DNA from: Octopus vulgaris
Lineage: Eukaryota
Length of the DNA: 64,000 nucleotides
Assembly: GCA_951406725.2 (NCBI GenBank)
Contig: OX597832.1
Coordinates: 13,516,001 to 13,580,000, forward strand
Reading direction: 5' to 3'
Each line of letters begins with the position of its first letter. Positions within the stretch are counted from its first letter, which is position 1. This document shows, piece after piece, positions 40,683-54,770 of the stretch. The notes below the pieces were generated by a model, which was not told the origin of the DNA, searched no databases, and was given only the letters and a program-made list of their open reading frames with translations. The translations under genes and the position numbers were made by a program.

Positions 40683-42033
40683 GCATATTCATATATGCAT
40701 ATATGAGTGTATGTATGCATGTATATATATATATATATATATATACATACACACACCAATTAACACGACCCAGTTTTATTCATAATTTCGTGTTCGGCTG
40801 TTTTTACCATATTAATTTTAATAATTTTTCCTGGAAAAATTCGCTGCCAAGCGTAATTGTTCTTTTTGATTTTTTGATAAAATGATCATCACGTTATCAA
40901 GAATACCATATTTAAATTGACTGTGTTGATGATGCTTTATAGAGTAGAATGAGAGTATGTCTATATGTTTTCATTGCAGCCAGACAAATATATTCGTCTA
41001 AGATCGTTCTCTGCATGTAGCAGACAGCTTTGAATGTAAATTTTATTTGATGTAATACTTCTTCTTTGTCGGAATTATATTTCCTTCACTTTAAGGAGTC
41101 GCGAACAAATGTGCTTAATTCATTTAATTTCTGGAAAAACAATTCAATTAATTTTAACCATTTTTTACGTTCAAAACTCTGTGTATGTTTTTTCGGAATT
41201 GTGCTATGTGTCACTTGAGTTATTTACCTTGTGCATTTTCGTATTCAATTAAATATGGCCACGTAATGTTATTAACAATTTTCCATATTTCAAAAACTTT
41301 ATGAACAGACGGAGACTTTAATAAATATATATGTTCTACAAATCAAATCCATAGCTACCATTTACTTAAGTACAAATTTTGTGTAACTTTTTCCTATATT
41401 CTTTTATAGTTTTCTAACATTCAGTTTATCGTATTTTATCATTACTGGAAACTGCTTTCATTTTGTGGTTCCAATCAGTGAAAGGCTGGCAGAATGGTAA
41501 GGCAAACTAACATATTTAAATATTTGGCTGAGTCAACTGAATATTTGTTAAATAAAAGAAGCAGATTCCGAATTGCTTGTAATCTTTTAGGGCAAAAATA
41601 TTAAGCAATTTGTGTTGTCACAGCTAACTTCAAGATAAGATTTATGCAAAGTAGTAATAACATCTAAGCACTGATTGGAAGATATATTAGATTTATCAAT
41701 CCATTTATATAATGAAAACAGTAAATTTTACTCCAAGCATCTGGTTAGTGCTAATAAACCTAAAATGCTAAACAATTAATTCTGGAACCACCAAAATGCA
41801 ATATTTACGCAATAAAATATACAGATTCCATGAACAGTGCAACAGTACTAAGAATTTATTTTAGTAATAAAAATAAAAACGATGCAGACTCACACGCGCA
41901 CACACAGGTATGTGTACAAACAGATATAAAAACGTATAAGTGAGTGTACTTGTGTGAGCGTGTGTGTGTACATATATATTGTGTGTGCGTGAAGAATTTC
42001 TGTTTCTACAGACTCGCGCGCGCATTCACACAC

Positions 42034-42070
<37 letters not shown>

Positions 42071-42253
42071 TGTGTAGATGTATGTATGTATAATGAAGAT
42101 AAGTAACAGGATGTCAAGTTGCAATGCATTAGTACTTGATATCTTCTTTCTTATTTTGATTTTATTCGCCCTACAGGACAAACTTGTTGCTTCATCTTAA
42201 GTACCTAGTTCAATTGAATCCTAATATATATATATATATATATATACATATGC

Positions 42254-42354
<101 letters not shown>

Positions 42355-42519
42355 AGAAAAAATGAGGTAATCAGATCGGATGGTTCATATTTATAGATAT
42401 TTATTTATATATTACATTTTTTACATATATATCATATCATTCAGATCATATCATTCGGATTAGCGCTTATATATGTATATATATATATATACATATATAT
42501 ACATATATATATACATTTC

Positions 42520-42566
<47 letters not shown>

Positions 42567-43577
42567 GTATATATGCATATGTATATATATTTAGATATAC
42601 CCATACATACATGATGGGCTTCATTCAGTTTCATGCAGGACTGAACCCAGATAGATGTTGTTGGGAAGCAATCTCTTTACCTCTTTACCACACAGTCACG
42701 TTTGCATCATGTTTACATCTGTAACTTATCTTTTAATCCTTACCGAATTAACGAATGGATTCAAGTCCTATACATCCTGTTTGTTCTACCGAACACACAT
42801 GCAGAAAATACTCACACACGCGCACACGCCCACATACATACACATATATTTGTGTGTCTAGGCATAGCATTAGAGTGTGCGCTTATTTGCCTGATGTATG
42901 TGCATATCTGTGCGAATATGTATGCAAGTATAAGAATATGGATCAATTCTATTTTGTAATATCGTGGAACTGGAAAAAGAAGGTTTTGAAGACAACTCAT
43001 TCAAGTAATACAATTACTTATGTCGACTGAGCATGAAGTTACAGCCTTTATCTCGGAAAGAATTTGCATAAATCACACGCTGGCATTCCATTAGCTGACT
43101 ATAAACCATGAGGTGCAATATTATCATGGAGAATACATCCATCAAAATATTTAACCTGTAATAGTTACTCAGTATAGAATCTACAAGAAAAGATTATTAT
43201 TTTTTTTGCATCTTATATATATAACTCCATTAATATCGCCTATTTTGCAACGATAACCGGCAAATATTCCATCTAAAGCTCAGTTACTACACAACCACAT
43301 AAAAATATAACGGTTGCGGGAAACATAGTAGTTTCCCGCTTGAACGAGCATGAAATTCATTTACAAGAGATCTTCTTTGCTACATATTCCAGTTTTCGTT
43401 CTATAGATGATATAGAAAATAGGCTAAGCCATCTAACCGCCAATCACTATCACCAAGAATATAATCGCCTAACACGTGGTAGTTATGGGTGAATTCAATC
43501 TTAGACAGAAAAGGGTATATTTATTACGATTGCAATTGTGAGCAATATTAATGTTGTAAACACACACACACACACAC

Positions 43578-43630
<53 letters not shown>

Positions 43631-45535
43631 AAATGATAAACGTGATTTATTTAGCTGCTGCTATGGAGAGTCACACTGTTATTTGATGTAATATCGATAT
43701 ATTACTGTAAAATACTATTTTAGTATATAAATAATTTTCATAGATAGCGGAGTTAATATTGAGAAACTTGCCCCTCAACAAAGCTAACATTTTTCAAAAT
43801 TGCCATATATGTAAGTCTGCGCGCGTGAGTGCGTGCGTGCGCCTTTGTGTGTGCGTGTGTGTGTCCCTGTTTGAGTGTTGGGCTTATATATGTGTGTGTG
43901 TGTGTGTTTGTGTGTGTATGCTTATGTCTGTATGTGTCTCTGTATGTGTGCAAATATATATCACGATATAAGAGAATATGTACAAAGCATATACAAGCAC
44001 CTTCATTATTGACGGTTTGAACTTCTCTAGTATGTATTATAACAAGTTAATAAGGGGAATGTGTATTGAACACATGCAATCCGTTGCCTTCTGGTTCAAG
44101 AAGATTTACACACATGATAAAGGGACATCAGTCATTGAATAGATATAAAGAAAACGAGAGCCTGATTCAAATGTTGAGATCAACAGTAAATACGACGATG
44201 GAACTAGAGAATAAGTACACCAAACATTGTGTTTTAATATAATTTTCATCTGCCGGAAGGAAAAAGTGATTGACTTCGCTATTTTCATATTTTATTTCTG
44301 CTTCATCGGTAAATGCTATTCATTTCTTTAAGACAGGTAGAATAGAATTTTCTAACTAATTGCATAATATACTGAAAACGTAAATTCATTCGAAATTCAT
44401 AACTACGCTAGGAAAATAGCTGGAGAAAAAGCGTGCACTGCGAAATACCGAAAATTGGTTTGTTGGTATATTAAATAATTTATAGAAGCACAGCACTGTG
44501 TTTGAGTAAGTAGAAATATAATTTTAATCACAACATGATATTCTTTTAAAACCCATATGGTAGGCTTGCTGTGTATACTCCAAGTGTTTGTCTTTCAATT
44601 AATTAATACTGCAAAAACTTTTTAAACTCCAGTTGAAGAGAAAGAAAATAAAAGTTAGTGACTACGACTCTCCTCAATTTGATTTAATTAAATGCAACAG
44701 AATATAGAATGAAATAGTTGGTGAGTTTAATCCTTCTATCTGTTACCGCACAATTTATTATTAATTTTTAATACAGCAGGAGTCCCTATGAAATTTTCCC
44801 CTTTCATTCAATTATATCGAGACAACATGGCATGCCTGCCATCATAGATCTCTAAGTACGAGATAAGATAATGACAGTCGATATATAAAACTTCATGCAT
44901 AGAATTTTACAAATTTTGTCGGCCATTATAAAGTTTACATTCCCATTAGTTGTATAACATCTTGATGCAATAATCTCGCAAACTGTGAATCAGTTCGTAA
45001 GTGAGGTTGTTGAGTCAAAGAAAACAAGCTAATTTCAATAATAGATTTGATAAATCAGAACAGAAGTGTAATTTCGAAACTTATTTCACACATGCTGAAA
45101 TGCCACATTCTAAAGCTGAGTGGCATTTGCAAGTAATCTATTAAGCCATAAAAACCAATTAACTGATACGGCTTTCTCTGGACGTTCACTTTTAATGCTT
45201 GATACTCAGAAGTTATAAAACATTTACCAAGATACAGTGGATTACCAAAATCATTCTGCGACCAAATGGACTGGTTAATAGCGCATTTAGCTGTGTTTAG
45301 CTTGTGAAATTGCGTTACACAATGAAAGATAACTGATGTTTGACAATTTTCTTTTATGAGCAATTTTTTTTAATTGTTTAATGAAGAGAAAATAAATGCC
45401 AGTATCCTAGGCATGTCCTCTAAGATGGATTAGAAACGTAGTAAACAATTCAAAATATTTCCCCTTTTCAAAATATTAGATGGAAATGACTGATCATGCG
45501 GTGTGTTATGTCCTGTTGTTTCTTACCAGTTCATA

Positions 45536-45759
45536 TACTCTTTACTCTTTCTCTTTTACTCTTTTACTTGTTTCAGTCATTTGACTGCGGCGATGCTGGA
45601 GCACCGCCTTTAGTCGAGCAAATCGATCCCGGGACTTATTCTTTGTAAGCCCAGTACTTATTCTATCGGTCTCTTCTTGCCGAACCGCTAAGTGACGGGG
45701 ACGGAAACACACCAGCATCGGTTGTCAAGCAATGCTAGGGGGATAAACACAGACACACA

Positions 45760-45799
<40 letters not shown>

Positions 45800-45962
45800 T
45801 ACGACATGCTTCTTTTAGTTTCCGTCTACCAACTCCACTCACTAGGCATTGGTAGGCCCGGGGCCATAGCAATAGGCACTTGCCCAAGGAGCCACGCAGT
45901 GGGACTGAACCCGGAACCATGTGGTTGGTTAGCAAGCTACTTACCGCACAGCCACTCCTGCG
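45536..45962 (-). mobile_element. SINE family A, full length
   Basis: Near-consensus. Confidence 0.95.
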
Positions 45963-46447
45963 GCTATGTTATGTATTATTTGTCTATATTCTCATATCTT
46001 CATTTCCGAACTATGTAGGTATATTCGTTTCTGTTTGTCAAATGTAATGTTCCTTAGATCCTGAGCATATTATTACATAGTTTATTACGTTGCATAGATC
46101 AAATTATGTTTTTCTTTTATTGTAACGAGTTGTCTGTGTTTGAAACGAATTTAGGGTTGTTTCGTTTGATTAAAACGAATACCACAGATGGGTCCACCAG
46201 ATGTTTTACTGTTTATTTTGTTATTATTTTTCGGAAGTTGGTATTTCTCATTGATTTATGCTGCCCTATATTTTAGGTGTGTTTCGAGATTTTAGCTTAT
46301 CATTATGTCTTTTTTTTACTAACTGTATGTTATGGAACATTATCTTTTAGGCCGTATTTTGTTGGGGATTGTAGGAGGAGTCTTCGATTCGATAAATTTC
46401 TTAGTTTCGGTTGTCTACGTTACTGGTCACTGAATGTATGGGCATTT

Positions 46448-46614
46448 TCTTTTTACTTGTTTCAGTCATTTGACTGCGGCCATGCGGGAGCACCGCCTTT
46501 AGTCGAGCAAATCGACCCCGGGACTTATTCTTTGTAAACCCAGTACTTATACTATCGGTCTCTTTTGCCGAACCGCTAAGTGACTGGGACGTAAACACAC
46601 CAGCATCGGTTGTC
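46448..46614 (-). mobile_element. SINE-A, 5'-truncated (3' third)
   Basis: Tail through catcggttgtca only. Confidence 0.92.
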
Positions 46615-46859
46615 ATGTTAAATTTCATCATTAATTAAGGATATTGGAGGAGTTTATCTTTCAGGTCTTGGAGTCTTATATTGTGATGTTTGTATCAGAT
46701 GCTTTTGTACAAATCCTTTTGGATAGATCAAAACGGCATTCAATTTGACACGTGTTGAATGATATGAACAGAATGGTAGATATTGTTTGAAGACCGTAGG
46801 CCTACAGTAAATGTCCGTTTCCATTTAGTTGTTGAATTTTTGACTATTGCTCTCAGCTA

Positions 46860-47428
46860 TGGTCACCAAATTAATCGCAAAGCTTAAGGCAATCCAACGA
46901 AGCTACACGGAGAATATATGCAGCACATAAGCTATTAGGAGTGACTCAAGAGATTAACACTCTATACCTTAGAGCGTAGACGAGAAAGATATGCCGTAAT
47001 ATACATCTGGAAGATCCTGGAAGGCCCAGTCCAAAATTTTGGCATCGAGAGTTACACAAATATTAGAACTGGGCGCCAATGCATAGTGCCAAGGACTCCA
47101 AATTTGCCATGAAGATGCAGGACAAGATACTGCCATAGCCTGGGCTTCAGAAGTCTACAGCTCTTTAATATCCTCCCGAAGGACCTGAGAGACCTGAATG
47201 GGGTGGATGTAGGTGTCTTCAAAATATAACTGGCCCTCTTCTTGTCAGGTGGCCGAGATGAACCAACTTCGCGGCAAGAAGTGCAGATGACAGCAGCTGC
47301 ATCAAACTCTCTTATGCACCAAATGTCAATAGCTAAAAAGCATTCGTGAAGTAAAATTATGTAGCAACACCGAATGGCGGTGCCCCAGCATAGGTAAAGC
47401 CCGTCAGCTGAAACTAGATGAAATATGA

Positions 47429-47433
<5 letters not shown>
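46860..47433 (+). mobile_element. CR1/L2-group LINE 3' end (ORF2 C-terminus + 3' UTR)
   Basis: LIAKLKAIQRSYT...LKRLTLYTLERRRERYAVIYIWKILEG...QLFNILPKDLRDL.GVDVGVFK...DEP...AAASNSLMHQ, then tail ggcggtgccccagcat...ctgaaactagatgaaata. Confidence 0.85.
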
Positions 47434-47484
<51 letters not shown>

Positions 47485-48189
47485 GAAGATAGATATTAAA
47501 AAGTAGAAATAGAGATGGAGGGAGAGAGAAAGAAAGAGAGAAAGAAAGAAAGAAAGAAAGAAAGAAAGGAAGAAAGAAAGAATATTGAATCTTATCCGAT
47601 ATTTCAAACATTTCTCCAAAAACGTACGATTTTCTGTTACGTTTGAAACTCAATTTCTTTTTCATTTCTTAAAAATACTAAATCTTTTCTCTACCGGACG
47701 CTAGGGAAATTCACTAGAATTTGTTGCAGTTCGCCAACTGAAAAACTAATTTAAATTCATTAAGAATTATTTGCTTACGTAATTGAGCATATCAACATGA
47801 TTTACCTTAATTTTTTTCTTCAGCTTGTTTGATTTGTTCTTCTAACTTGATTTTTCTTTTCATTTTGTATATGCCATGCCTCTAGGATAAATTTATATAT
47901 TAGGGGCATTAAAGGGAGTTATATTAAATTATGCATTCTGCCTACATGTCATTCACAGAGAATCAGAATATCACAACAATATATATGAAATGTATACTTG
48001 TTATAACTTTCTTCTTCGTATATACTTAATTTATTTACAATGTTAATAACTGGTGCATTGAAATTATCGTCGCTTCGAAGGAGGTAAGCAAACAACTAAC
48101 TAATAGTAATTGTGACTGACTCCATATATGCATGCAGGATAATCTGGAGGAATAATCGACCTTCCGAATTTCAGTTGATGTGAAGCAAA

Positions 48190-48585
48190 TCTTTATATAT
48201 ATAAGAAAGTTTGTGTGCTGTCTGTGTCCTACGATTTAGATTCCTAACTACTCCCACAGTTTGCGGTGAAGTTTAACCAAAACCGGGTATCTTATAGTCG
48301 TGATTCATATCGAGCCCTTCTGTGTATTAGCGCGCGTCTACGATGAGTTTACGATTTAAAAAATATTTTCCATCATTTTTTCCCATTTTTAATGCATTTT
48401 TTGCTATTATATAAGGCAAGTAACTCTCTAAAAATGTATTATTAAATCTTAGAACGTAAAAAGCTACAGTAACACCCCACTTTGTGGTTAGCCATATTGA
48501 GATGGCTATTATACTTTACATCTCTAAAAATGCTTATATAGTTATTTCCCTTACAAACCCGAGCAACGCCGGGCGATACTGCTAG
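48190..48585 (+). mobile_element. Non-autonomous Helitron, complete termini
   Basis: A|TC at 48189/48190; subterminal hairpin cccgagcaacgccggg (48558-48573); CTAG|T end at 48585; no TSD. Confidence 0.9.
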
Positions 48586-48621
48586 TAAAGTCTAAAATTC
48601 TGAAGACACCTGGGCTCATAT

Positions 48622-48900
48622 CTAGCACTCCGTCGGTTACGCAGACGAAGGTTCCTGTTCATTCGTTGAACAGGACAGACTCTTATACCCTTAACCTAGT
48701 TCTCAGGAATATTAGCGTGACACAGAATGTGACAAGACCAGCCCTTTGAAATACAGGTACTATTCATTTTTGCAAACAGAGTGGCTTGGAACAATGTGAG
48801 ATAAAGTGTCTTGCTGAAGTATACAATGACCTGCTGAGAAAACGCACAACAACATGATCATGAGCCGAAAAGTCTAAGCTCTACGACACGTGCTTTCACT
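48622..48900 (-). mobile_element. SINE family C copy
   Basis: Minus strand cagcaagacactttatctcacattgttccaagccactctg...aaaatgaatagtacctgtatttcaaaggg central domain; tail cgtaaccgacggagtgc. Confidence 0.7.
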
Positions 48901-48960
48901 GGATACATATAATGCCAAAGTAGAGAGTGATACGACTTGCATCATATATATCTATTTTAG

Positions 48961-49176
48961 TCTCTTTTACTTGTTTCAGCCATTTGACAGCAGCCATGCT
49001 GGAGCGTCGCCTTTAGTCAAGGAAATCGCCCTCAGGACTTATTCTTTGTAAGCATAGTACTTATTCTATCGGTTTATTTTGCCGAACCGTTAACTTACGG
49101 GGATGTAAACGCACCAACACCGGTTGTCAAGCGATGTTAGGTGACAAACACAGATACACAAACACACACACAGAGA

Positions 49177-49246
<70 letters not shown>

Positions 49247-49409
49247 CGACGGGGTTCTTTCAGTTTCCGTCTATCATATCCAGTCACAAGGCTTTGGTCG
49301 GCCCGATGCTATAGTAGGTTATATTTGCCCAAGGTGCCACGCAGTGCGACTGAACCCAGAACCATGTGGTTGGTAAGCAAGCTACTTACCACACAGCCAC
49401 TCTTACGCC

Positions 49410-49410
<1 letters not shown>
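48961..49410 (-). mobile_element. SINE family A, full length
   Basis: Head and tail present, moderately diverged. Confidence 0.93.
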
Positions 49411-49463
<53 letters not shown>

Positions 49464-49674
49464 AAGAGAAATTTCCTTTTAACATTTACATGTTTCAGGC
49501 ATAGGAAGGACAGCTAAATATCTATTCCATTGCATAACACTATCAAACGGTGTAGGATCTAGAGCTGAGACAATATGACTCCCATGGTAATAATGTAGTG
49601 ACTTTTTCGCCAGAGAATATTTGGTACTCTTTTTCGTAAACTGAGTATTATTTTCAAAACTATTACTTTCAGCT

Positions 49675-50040
49675 TATAGAGCGGAATCCAGAAAAAAGGT
49701 TTAAGGACGACATAAGGAGTACTAAGAAATCACTTAGACTAGATCCAGAGGACATAGAAACCCTTGCTTCCGATCGAGGTGGATGGTGAATAAAAGTGTA
49801 GAGTGGATTGAAAGGCCAGGATAACGCATGTAATACGAGTCATTTAAGGAGGAATGTTACCATCGATAACATTACCTTTTTGTATGCACAATTTGTGACA
49901 CACCGTGCCTTTATTTTGCTGGATTCCAATCTCATTTGGGAACCCAAGTCTAAAATGCCACATCAGTTACCATGATAGGTCTAAGGTATAGACACAGGGC
50001 TTGGTCAAGCTCTGCATAAGGATTAGACAACCACCATATA
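49675..50040 (+). pseudogene. RTE-clade LINE 3' end with C-terminal Zn-finger remnant
   Basis: KRFKDDIRSTKKSLRLDPEDIETLASDRGGW* ... FVCTICDTPC..AGFQSHL. Confidence 0.8.
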
Positions 50041-50103
50041 CATAATTACAACCACTCAAATATAAACCAGACAGTTAAATTTATTGATTTATGAATTCCT
50101 TCT

Positions 50104-50154
50104 ATTATCATCATCATCATCATCGTCGTCGTCGTCGTCATCATCATCATCATC

Positions 50155-50190
<36 letters not shown>

Positions 50191-50200
50191 AGTGGTGGTT
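50104..50200. repeat. Compound trinucleotide microsatellite (TCA/TCG/TAG/TGG)
   Basis: Seen directly. Confidence 0.95.
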
Positions 50201-51264
50201 TTAGTCTTCTTGTTATTTAGCCGTTGGGATTCCATCCAGTTATTTCCTATCATTACATCAACAGGTGAAAAGCAAGACGAATTCCGGTGTGCTTCGCGCA
50301 TGATATTTTATTTAAGATGTTGCTCCATTCCATTACAACATATTTAAAGTGCTCCTGGGATTTACACTTAAATACTAATTAATTGTTTTAATTACAGATT
50401 TTTGGTTGTTTTCGTTTATCCGCTACTTCTTTAAATTTCCTGCAACTTCAAAATTACAAATACAGCTTTCCCCATTGAAAATATTTGCTATCTTCTATAA
50501 TGATTTTGATTTGCCATAGCAATATAATACTACAGGCGTATCTTGGCAAAGATATATAGATGCTTCTGGTTTGTGGTATAATCTTTCTTATTTCTGTCAT
50601 TTAAAGTTAAAGAACGAAACATTTGGAAGACATAAATGTATAAAAAGTGAAGCTGTCGTATTCAGGTTTCACTGAAGAGAGTCACTTTTTCTAGTCGACA
50701 GAATAATTGCGTGTTCCTACGTAGGAATTGAAAAAGGTAATCGTCGAGTTTACCTTAATTTTCCCCTTCACATGCCCAGAATACCATATCTAGAAACACT
50801 ACTAAGTAGAGAGGTAGCCTTAGTATTAATCTGAAAATAGCTTGTTTCAATGATATTATACAACTCATAACATTGTTTAAATCGATCCGATCATGGATTT
50901 TCGAAGTCAGGAAGTTGTGTCCATACACATACATTTCAAATGTCATAAACTCTCCTGTATGATTAACCCCCAAGTACCGTGCCCGTTTCTGCATAAACAA
51001 ATATCATAGTCCATAGAATTAACTAGATCAAGAGAACTATTTACTGTCGTTTATATATTTTTTTAATGTGCAAAGTATCTAGAGATTACAAATCATGGTT
51101 AGAACTGAGTAAAAAGAGAAAAAAAAAGAAAAAGGAAACGACTCCAAAGTGCTAGGAAAAGATCTCTCATCTTTAATTAAAGTAGAACACTAATACATAC
51201 ATATCTAAAGGGGTATAAACTCTTTCTAATTAGCTACAAGCAAGTGATGTTTGCAACGTAAATG

Positions 51265-51660
51265 CAGCGTGTATCAACTCTAGAGTACTTAATAACAGGT
51301 ATCTAGATTTCAGTAGAGAGATAATCTAATGGCAACATACCTCCACTGAAAAACGTAATTGTTATTTAAAATATCACAAGTTTCAATGGAGAAAGATGTA
51401 TTTTTAATTCTGCAGTGGCAGGAAATTCAAAGAAAAGAAAAAACACACGTTGAATATAAATAAATAGCCAAATCTCTGAAATTACAACAATTAATTGGTA
51501 TTTAAGTGTAACTCCCCGGAGCATTTTAAATATATTGTAATGGAATGGAATAACATTTTAAATAAACTATTGTGCATAAAATATATTTGGTTTTCTTTTG
51601 TTTATAAGCGCGTGGTTGTAAAGGTACAAATTAAAAGGATGAATCTCTAATGGAAAATAA
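51265..51660 (+). repeat. Direct repeat block X (second copy ~57125-57525)
   Basis: aatctctgaaattacaacaat.aatt.g.atttaagtgtaa.tccccggagc...ttgtaatggaatggaa.aacattttaaataaactattgt shared. Confidence 0.9.
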
Positions 51661-51780
51661 TGCATAAAACAAAAAATATAAGGTATTTGTTCGGCCTGCC
51701 AGGTATCATTAGCAGCGAATATACCTTGAAATAATACCCTGCATTATTAAATGTGGTAAATTCACTATAGAAAATTCAAT

Positions 51781-52126
51781 ACTTTTTTACTCTTTTACTT
51801 GTTTCAGTTATTCGATTGCGGCCATGCTGGAGCACCGCCTTTTAGCCGAGCAAATCGACGCCAGGACTTATTCGTTGTAAGCCTAGTACATATTATATCG
51901 GTCTCTTCTTGCCGAACCGCTAAGTTACGGGGGACGTAAACACACCAGCATCGGTTGTCAAGCAATGTTGGGAGTCAAACACAGACACACACACACTACC
52001 AAATCCACTCACAAAACTTTGGTCGGCCCGCGGCTATAGTAGAAGACGAAGTGCGACTCAGTGGGACCGAACCGGGAACTATATGGTTGGTAAGCAAGCT
52101 ACTTACCACACATCCACTCCTTCGTC
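51781..52126 (-). mobile_element. SINE-A with internal deletions
   Basis: Lacks the (TA)n and part of the body. Confidence 0.9.
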
Positions 52127-52525
52127 TATAGAATATACAATATAAAGCGCTATAATGATATCTTATATCAAGCAACGTATTGCGGAATGTCACTTTATTA
52201 TTTCAAGGTGGTAAGAGGTATGATTCGCTGGAATCTTGACAAGCCTTTTGTACCTTGCGGACGGTGTATAGTATAGAAGCACTTTCCTTTCAAATTGCTT
52301 GTTTTCTTTTGTTGATCGGAGAATAAACAACAGTAAGAACAAATATTTTTAGATGTGATTAAAAAACAAATGATTACCAGTCGTCTCCTAAACATTTACC
52401 AATCTCTCTCTCTCTCTCTTCCTGTCTTTGGCTCTCTCTTTTTCTTTCTATCTCTGTCTCTCTCTCTTTTTCTCCCTATCTCTCTCAGTCTGCATGTCTG
52501 CCTGTCTGTCTCCCCCCTCTCTCTC

Positions 52526-52567
<42 letters not shown>

Positions 52568-52606
52568 TTATATGTCAGCCTTAAGTTTTGGCCATGCTAG
52601 GGCACC

Positions 52607-52654
<48 letters not shown>

Positions 52655-52730
52655 GTGTGCTTATGTATATATACATGTGTATATATACATGTGTATATAT
52701 GTGTGCGTGTGCGTGTGCGTGTGCGTGTAG

Positions 52731-53107
52731 AGTAACCGATGGCTCTCTATGTTAGAAATAGCAGTTAAATTTCCTTCACTTTATATCTTTACTGACTCGT
52801 TCTATGTAAAGCACTTCTTTTCGGACAGTGAGTGCTGTTTACTTAAAATGATAGAAAGATAATTTAAGTTACAATAGACATTTGCTTATCTAGAACTTCA
52901 GGATACAATGGATAGCTATATCCAGATCTGCAACATCTGACGCTGAGACGGGATGATCACGTTTGTTACTTACGTGCTAGGATTGTTTGATCAATCTGTT
53001 TTGGGGATAAATAGGTCCAAAGCATTAATGATGAATGCTGTGAATAACAACTTTTTCGGTCTAAACAGATGTTCTAAGCAGAATTAAGTAGTGTACGTTA
53101 CTTCTGT
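52731..53107 (+). repeat. Direct repeat block Y (second copy ~56341-56730)
   Basis: gcacttcttttcggacagtgagt..tgtttacttaaaatga...agttacaatagacatttgcttatcta...gcagaattaagta..gt..gttacttctg shared. Confidence 0.92.
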
Positions 53108-53167
53108 ATATTTCTAATATTGCGTGTGCTAGTGGTTGTATGCATATGAATACAGGTATATGTGATG

Positions 53168-53370
53168 CTGTGAGCTAGCACAATCGTTAGCATGCCAGGT
53201 AAAATACTAAGTGGCATTGTGACCATCTATACGTTCTGAATTCAAATTCTGCGAAGGTTGACACTGCATTTCGGGATCAGTAAAATAGATTCAAGTTAGA
53301 TAAAACTGTCGATGTAAACTACTTACTCCCTCCGCCGATCATATTGTGCTTGAGACAAAATTTGAAAACA
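53168..53370 (+). mobile_element. Decayed SINE-B
   Basis: gagctagcacaatcgttagcatgccagg...acgttctgaattcaaattctgcgaaggttgac. Confidence 0.75.
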
Positions 53371-54353
53371 AAATAAGTATATGTAGAAATAACATAGAAA
53401 CACACACACACACACACTTACACACACACACGCACTTACACACACACACACATTCACATACACACACACTCACATATATATGTGCGAAAGTGATATCTTG
53501 TAATGCTATTAGGTGGTATGAGCGTTGCTATGTAGATTACAAAAGCAAATTAACATCTGCCGCCCTTATAGACTACAACCACAGCTATGTAAACACCACA
53601 ACCCTTTGTTTTGATCTAAGACCTCCAAATTATAAACCACAACCAATAAATATGCTTATCTCCACGTTTTGACTGTTACCGCTAAACTCCTACTCTTCAC
53701 TACTGATCGCCCACCGTGCAACTAAGCGATCAGCAATAACAATCTACTTCCATGTTTGGTATCAAACGCAATGAGATGATGTCGCTAAGGTAGCTCGTAG
53801 TCCTGATAGTGACAGTTGTCTGCCAACATCCTGTCCGAGCATATGGGACTAAGAAAAACAAATGTGAACTCATAGCGCTTTGGGATTTATATCACTACGT
53901 AACCTGAGTTGGCAAGATGAGGTCTGTTATTTGCAAGCTACCTTGAATCTCTCAAAACCCTGTATTCTTCTCTGTTACCTGATCAGACAGGTTCATTCTA
54001 TGATCCTACGAAACGTTGGGTCATATGAATTTGAGTCACTTTTATTAAATAATAATTGTCACTTGACTAAATGTGCTGAGTGTTACTCTCGTTTGTTCAT
54101 TCACTTGTAGAGGATGTCGAATTAGAAATAGATTGCAAAAATGTTTTGGAAAACAGTAATGATTCGATTGTTTGTGGACATGTGTGTGTATATTTGTGTG
54201 TGTGTGTGTGTTTCTGTGTCTGTGTCTGTCTGTGTGCATGCGGGCGTATGAGTATGCGTTTGTTTGGTTACACCTGTGCATACAACTTGGTACGCATAGC
54301 TTTTCTTCGACTGCATACTACTCAGAGAAATAGTATGAGGTATGTCATTTATA

Positions 54354-54770
54354 GGCGTAGGAGTGGCTGTGTGTTAAGTAGCTTGCTTACTAACCACATG
54401 GTTCCGGGTTCAGTCCCACTGCGTGGCACCTTGGGCAAGTGCCTCCTACTATAACCTCGGGCCCACCAAAGCCTTGTGAGTGGATATGGTAGACGGAAAC
54501 TGAAAAAAGCTCGTCGTATATATGTATATGTATATATGTATGTGTGTATATGTTTGTGTGTCTGTGTTTGTCCTCCCAACATTGCTTGACAACCGATGCT
54601 GGTGTGTTTATGTTCCCGTAACATAACGGTTCGGCAAAAAGAGACCGATAGAATAAGTACTAGGCTTAGAAAGAATAAGACCTGGTGTCGACTTGCTCGA
54701 CTAAAAGTGGTGCTCCAGCATGGCTTCAAACAAATGACTGAAACCAGTAAAAGAGTAAAAGAGAGTAAAG
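54354..54770 (+). mobile_element. SINE family A, full length
   Basis: Near-consensus. Confidence 0.95.

Noticed and set aside
43316-43339. 9-bp GC hairpin gcgggaaac-atagta-gtttcccgc
   Set aside because: Short and isolated; no Helitron CTRR at the proper distance, and a terminator interpretation does not apply in animal DNA.
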